Positions 59,492-64,000 of a stretch of 64,000 bases of DNA are shown piece after piece. A model generated the notes under the pieces. That model did not search any database. It was given only the letters and a program-made list of their open reading frames with translations, and was not told the DNA's origin. The stretch is from NCBI GenBank assembly GCA_003164675.1, contig PLTX01000020.1, forward strand, positions 7,580 to 71,579, in the 5' to 3' direction. The translations under genes and the position numbers were made by a program. The DNA comes from Verrucomicrobiota bacterium (GTDB lineage Bacteria > Verrucomicrobiota > Verrucomicrobiia > Palsa-1439). The first letter of the stretch is position 1. Each line of letters starts with the position of its first letter.

Positions 59492-59709
59492 CGTTTCCGT
59501 CGAAACTGTTCGACGAGTCGGTCGAACCGGCTTTCATACAACATCTTGTAGAATTTGAACCGTTCTGGAAACAAACGAGCGGCCTCGGTCTTCAGGAACA
59601 GACGTTCGATAGAGATGTCGCGTTCGGAAATGTCCGTCGCCACGATAAGAAAAGCGAGGCGATCAACGCGCCGCTGAATTCGACTGTAGGCCTGTTCGCT
59701 TGGAACCAC
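59488..59709 (-). CDS. Small hypothetical protein
   Basis: RLFPERFKFYKMLYESRFDRLVEQFR. Confidence 0.6.
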   Translation of the reverse strand: MVPSEQAYSRIQRRVDRLAFLIVATDISERDISIERLFLKTEAARLFPERFKFYKMLYESRFDRLVEQFRRKR

Positions 59710-59841
59710 CCGTTACCGTAGCACAGCTCGGCCCGACACGCTAACGGTTCGCACGCAAGCAGTTGACCCTGGGTGTTTTCGAGTTGATTTTCCCGAGTGG
59801 CACTCTCAGAATCAGCACAGACTTAATCGGAGAACGCACTT

Positions 59842-60399
59842 ATGATTTTAGCGATCTTGATGGTGTTGGGGGCAGGGATATTCCGGCTGGCGGCGCATGA
59901 ATTCCACTGGTGGAACATCGCGCCGGTAGGGGCGATGGCCCTGCTCGGCGGCATGCACCTGGGACGCCGTTACGCGTTGTGGGTGCCGCTGGCGGTGCTG
60001 GCCGTGACGGACGTTCTCCTCAACGTCTGGATGGGGTATCCGATGTTTTACTGGCCGCGGGCGTTCGACTACGGCGCATTCCTGCTGATCGGCCTGCTCG
60101 GCCTGTGGATGCGTGACCGGAAACTCCGCAGCAAGATCGGCGCTGTGCTCGCCACGCCCTTCCTGTTTTTCCTTATCAGCAACTTCGCCGTGTGGCTCTT
60201 CGGCATGAGTTTGGCGAACGTACCCTATGACAAAACGTTGTCCGGTTTGATGGATTGCTATGCTGCGGGACTTCCATTCCTGCGTGGCACCGTCATTGGC
60301 GACTGGGGATTCATGGCGCTGTTTGCGTTATCGGCTCTGGCATTGCGCCGCGCGTCCGGCGAACGCACCCGCTGGTTGGTTGCCGAAGCCCGGGCGTAA
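59842..60399 (+). CDS. DUF6580-like putative transport membrane protein
   Basis: NIAPVGAMALLGG, FFLISNFAVW, CYAAGLPF. Confidence 0.75.
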   Translation: MILAILMVLGAGIFRLAAHEFHWWNIAPVGAMALLGGMHLGRRYALWVPLAVLAVTDVLLNVWMGYPMFYWPRAFDYGAFLLIGLLGLWMRDRKLRSKIGAVLATPFLFFLISNFAVWLFGMSLANVPYDKTLSGLMDCYAAGLPFLRGTVIGDWGFMALFALSALALRRASGERTRWLVAEARA

Positions 60400-60489
60400 A
60401 GTCCCGCGCTTCCATTCGCGCTGCTCACGTGCTTCCGCTTGAGCTTGATGCCGCACTGTTTCAGGTGCGGCGTCATCTTCGTTGCGATT

Positions 60490-62613
60490 CTAGTCTGTCG
60501 GGGTGATAACCGCGAAACCCGTCTCATTCGTTCCGGCAAAACAACCGGCACCGGCGTCCTGCGATTGCAGCACGGCGCCCTGGAATTTCACCGTCTTGTG
60601 TGTTGCGGGATGCAAGAAGCGGCCACTGAACAGGCCCGTCTTCGGTACGAGTTTCAGCGTCAGGTTCGTGGTGTTGCCGGACACCACGGTCACGATGTTG
60701 TTCGTGGTCACGGTTAAGGAATTCGTTGACCAAGCGGCAAGGTTCCCTCCGCCGAAGACGAGCATGGCGTTGGCGGCGCTGTTGGTGAGGTTAATCAGGA
60801 ATTCACCCGCAGCTGGCGCGACGAACGTCGATCCGATCAATGCCACATTGGTTGCGAACCCGCTGGTATAATAGCCCTTGGTGGCCGACGGCCTGATCCA
60901 GTTCACGGTGGCTTCGATTGTGTCATTGGTGAACGTCAACCATCCGGCGCACGAACCTTTGTTTCCATACAACAGGCCGTAAAGCGGCGCGGTGCCATAC
61001 TTGGAAATCGGAACCGGGCTGTTGAATTTTGTCCCGTCTCCCAGCGTGCCGGAGAGTTTCCCGACACCCGTGGTCGCGATCTTCAACGTGCCGAAACCCC
61101 ATCCTTTCGGCAACGTGGAATCAGTGTAGGAAGGCGGTTCCAACGCGATGGTGTACGTGCCCGCCAGTGGACAGGCGTTTGCTTTGCCGAATGTCGCCAA
61201 GTCTGCCAGTAACTCCGACTCGGAACCGCCATGAGATACCGAGCCTGTGATCTCGTCCGTATCGCCCGTCACATCCAGGTGCAGGGCCACCTGCCACGAA
61301 CTTGAGACTGTGTTCGTTGCGTTCCCGCTTTCGTCGAATTGTCCTATGAATGCAAGCTTCGTACCGCCCATGTTCAGAGTTGCCGTGAACGAGCCTGTCT
61401 CTGTCAGCACTAGCTTGAGAGAACCATTGCCTGCTTGTGAAACCGCATTGGTCCGCATCGCCAAGCCGTTGTACGTGCCCTGGAGAGAAACGAAGGTCTC
61501 GGCCAGCGCCAATCCTCGCCGAATCGTATCGTTGTCGGTGTCCGCGATATACAGATTGCCGCTGCTATCCGTCGCGATCCCCATCGGTGTGCGGAAGCGC
61601 GCGGAACTGCTGCTGCCGTCGGTATGGCCGCTCTTCCCGGCCCGTCCCCCAACGGTTTTTACCACCCAGTTTGTTCCCGACGGCGTGATCCTACGAATGG
61701 TGTCGTTGCCTGCATCGGCGACAAACAAATTTCCGCTGGCGTCCAACGCCAATTGCATGGGCTCGTAGAACCGCGCCACTCCGTTGGTGCCGTCCGTGGT
61801 GCCCGACTTGCCCGCCGTCCCGGCGATGGTCGTTACCACCCAGTTCGTTCCGACTGGTGTGATTTTGCGAATGGTGTTGTTGCCGTAATCGGAGACATAC
61901 ACGTTGCCATCGGTATCCACGGCTACGCCGGATGGACCGTTAAAGTGCGCCGTGCTGTTCGTGCCGTCAACGCTGCCGGATCTGCCGGCTTTTCCAGCAA
62001 TCGTGGTCGCGATCCACGATGAGTCCACGAGTGTGATTTGGCGAATCGTGTGGTTTCCGTGATCGGCGACGTAGATGTTGCCGTTGGTGTCCACTGCGAC
62101 CGCCGTAGGCGTGTAGAATAACGCATCCGAGGCAACTCCGTCGTCGCTACCGGTCGTCCCGGCCGTTCCGGCGATAGTCGTTGTCACCCAACTACCCGAA
62201 ACGGGGACGATTGCGCGGATCGTGCTGTTCCCGTAATCGGCGACGTACAAGGTGCCGCTGTCGCTGATGGCGATACCCATGGGATAATAAAACAATGCAT
62301 TGGTACCCGTGCCATCGTCGCTGCCGGTGGTTCCCGCCGTTCCCGCAATCGTGGTGACCACCCACTTCCCGGAAAGCGGGACGATCTTGCGAATCGTGCC
62401 GTTTTGATAATCAACGACGTAGACATTGCTGCCGCCGCCGACCGCCACGCTTGAGGGGAAATCAAACAGCGCGACGGTGCCCAGCCCGTTTGAGCTGCCG
62501 GATGTGCCGGCGGTGCCTGCAATCGTCGTGAAGTTGTAAATCTGAGCGAAAGCAGAACTCAGGCATAAAACTGAAATAATTGCTGTCAACAGGAACGCCT
62601 TGCCGAGTTTCAT
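60490..62613 (-). CDS. Secreted NHL-repeat protein with C-terminal beta-rich domain
   Basis: Signal peptide; six repeats of TTIAG...DG...F..P..A.D..GN.YVAD..N.TIR. Confidence 0.9.
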   Translation of the reverse strand: MKLGKAFLLTAIISVLCLSSAFAQIYNFTTIAGTAGTSGSSNGLGTVALFDFPSSVAVGGGSNVYVVDYQNGTIRKIVPLSGKWVVTTIAGTAGTTGSDDGTGTNALFYYPMGIAISDSGTLYVADYGNSTIRAIVPVSGSWVTTTIAGTAGTTGSDDGVASDALFYTPTAVAVDTNGNIYVADHGNHTIRQITLVDSSWIATTIAGKAGRSGSVDGTNSTAHFNGPSGVAVDTDGNVYVSDYGNNTIRKITPVGTNWVVTTIAGTAGKSGTTDGTNGVARFYEPMQLALDASGNLFVADAGNDTIRRITPSGTNWVVKTVGGRAGKSGHTDGSSSSARFRTPMGIATDSSGNLYIADTDNDTIRRGLALAETFVSLQGTYNGLAMRTNAVSQAGNGSLKLVLTETGSFTATLNMGGTKLAFIGQFDESGNATNTVSSSWQVALHLDVTGDTDEITGSVSHGGSESELLADLATFGKANACPLAGTYTIALEPPSYTDSTLPKGWGFGTLKIATTGVGKLSGTLGDGTKFNSPVPISKYGTAPLYGLLYGNKGSCAGWLTFTNDTIEATVNWIRPSATKGYYTSGFATNVALIGSTFVAPAAGEFLINLTNSAANAMLVFGGGNLAAWSTNSLTVTTNNIVTVVSGNTTNLTLKLVPKTGLFSGRFLHPATHKTVKFQGAVLQSQDAGAGCFAGTNETGFAVITPTD

Positions 62614-62845
62614 AAAAGATCCTCTCCTTCGGATTGTGCTGTAATTATTCGGCATGGGGATGGCTTTCGTCAAGCGACATTCGCAAGAACCCTTACTGCC
62701 AGTATGCAACATTTCCATGATATTGGACGCTGCGAGAATAACAATCTTGGTGGCAACGGCATTACAAGAATGTCATCAAGAGCGCGGGAAGAACCGGAAA
62801 ACAACATGCGCCGCCATGTTGCCCGTCCAAATCAGTTGCGACGGG

Positions 62846-63262
62846 TCATTCTCCGATGATTTTGACCAGCACGCGCTTGCGACGCTTGCCGTCGAATTCG
62901 CCGTAGAAGATCTGCTCCCACGGGCCGAAGTCGAGCTTCCCGTCCGTTATCGCCACGACGACTTCCCGGCCCATGATGGTGCGTTTGAGATGGGCGTCGG
63001 CGTTGTCTTCACCCGTGTTGTGGGCGTATTGCGAATGGGGTTTTTCGGGCGCCAGTTTCTCCAGCCAGCGCTCGAAATCCTGATGCAAGCCGGACTCGTT
63101 GTCGTTGATGAACACGCTCGCCGTGATATGCATCGCGTTGCAGAGAAGGAATCCTTCCTTGACCCCGCTTTCGCGCAGACAGGTCTCCACATCCGGGGTG
63201 ATGTTGACGAATCCGCGTCGAGTGGGGAGATTGAACCACAGTTCCTTGCGATAGCTTTTCAT
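62846..63262 (-). CDS. yjbQ: YjbQ family protein
   Basis: [33 protein letters not shown]. Confidence 0.92.
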   Translation of the reverse strand: MKSYRKELWFNLPTRRGFVNITPDVETCLRESGVKEGFLLCNAMHITASVFINDNESGLHQDFERWLEKLAPEKPHSQYAHNTGEDNADAHLKRTIMGREVVVAITDGKLDFGPWEQIFYGEFDGKRRKRVLVKIIGE

Positions 63263-63318
63263 GGCTTCCATGATAGCGTTTATGCTAGAAAAGCAAAAGA
63301 TATGGGAGAGCATGCCTG

Positions 63319-63669
63319 ATGAAAATAGCCAGCCTGACGCAGATAGCTGCTGAGAAGGTTGAGATGGACGGCGCGAAGGATTGCCAGATCAAACTGGCCG
63401 TAACGGCACGCGATGGCGCGCCGAATTTCGCGATGCGCGTATTCGAGGTCGCGCCCGGCGGCCATACGCCGCTGCATCATCACCCCTACGAGCACGAGAT
63501 TTACGTGATGGAAGGGCAGGGAACGGTCTGGCGCGAGGGCAAGGAAGTGTTAATCAAACCCGGCGACGTGCTCTACATTCCGGCGGACGAACAACACCAG
63601 TTCAAGAACGCGGCGGAGAAGCCCTTCAAGTTCGTGTGCCTGATTCCCGCCAAATTCCAGAAATGTTAG
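63319..63669 (+). CDS. Cupin domain protein
   Basis: [16 protein letters not shown]...HQF. Confidence 0.9.
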   Translation: MKIASLTQIAAEKVEMDGAKDCQIKLAVTARDGAPNFAMRVFEVAPGGHTPLHHHPYEHEIYVMEGQGTVWREGKEVLIKPGDVLYIPADEQHQFKNAAEKPFKFVCLIPAKFQKC

Positions 63670-63675
63670 ACGCAC

Positions 63676-64000
63676 ATGGCGCGGCTCACCAAAATTGTCA
63701 CCCGCACCGGCGACGACGGCACGACGGGACTTGCCGGCGGCAAGCGCGTCAGCAAGGATTCGCCGCGCATCTGGGCTGTTGGAACAGTGGATGAGCTAAA
63801 TTCGGCCATCGGACTGGCGCGGTCGTTACGAGCGGATCCCGATCTCGATGTGCGGCTGCGCGAGATCCAGAACGACCTGTTCAACCTCGGCGCCGAACTG
63901 GCCACGCCCGCGGACAAATTCCAGAAGGGGATGCCCTGCATTGAGCAGCAGCACGTTGCCGGCCTTGAAGAGTTGGTCGAAGAACTGACCAAAGAACTGG
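63676..64000 (+). CDS. PduO-type cob(I)alamin adenosyltransferase (partial)
   Basis: Manual translation: MARLTKIVTRTGDDGTTGL...GTVDELNSAIG...IQNDLFNLGAELATP. Confidence 0.93.
   Translation, partial: MARLTKIVTRTGDDGTTGLAGGKRVSKDSPRIWAVGTVDELNSAIGLARSLRADPDLDVRLREIQNDLFNLGAELATPADKFQKGMPCIEQQHVAGLEELVEELTKEL

Noticed and set aside
59710-59841. Cobalamin riboswitch before the DUF6580-like gene
   Set aside because: No B12-box or other conserved riboswitch elements visible, and the region is short.

Overview
GC-rich bacterial window, probably Verrucomicrobiota/PVC (inferred from a PEP-CTERM remnant, TN-rich secreted proteins and gene style; not proven). Layout: (1) 1-6 kb central metabolism: partial pgk, threonine dehydratase, transaldolase, NfnAB-like pair. 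(2) 6-17.8 kb: secreted beta-helix/HYR protein, FecR-like plus beta-barrel pair, MBL hydrolase, a fused ketosynthase/CLF-like gene coupled to a lipid-type B12 radical SAM gene, an internally deleted second radical SAM gene, and gene remnants. (3) 17.9-26.7 kb: aryl-acid module (symporter, porin, 2x PaaK, 2x ACT, IorAB). (4) 26.7-36.1 kb accessory region: REP-like repeats, membrane-anchored Mrr-like nuclease, three tandem paralogous small unknown proteins, an extra sigma-70 factor and a PEP-CTERM pseudogene. (5) 36.1-57.2 kb: seven GT-C-like membrane proteins and a membrane SAM-binding enzyme directly upstream of a Flp/Tad pilus locus with sigma-54-like promoters. This is the best candidate for an undescribed system (pilus/surface glycosylation). 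(6) 57-64 kb: housekeeping and secreted proteins. No rRNA, tRNA or CRISPR array was seen. All family calls come from motif recognition by eye, not database searches; several start codons were re-assigned from the ORF track.
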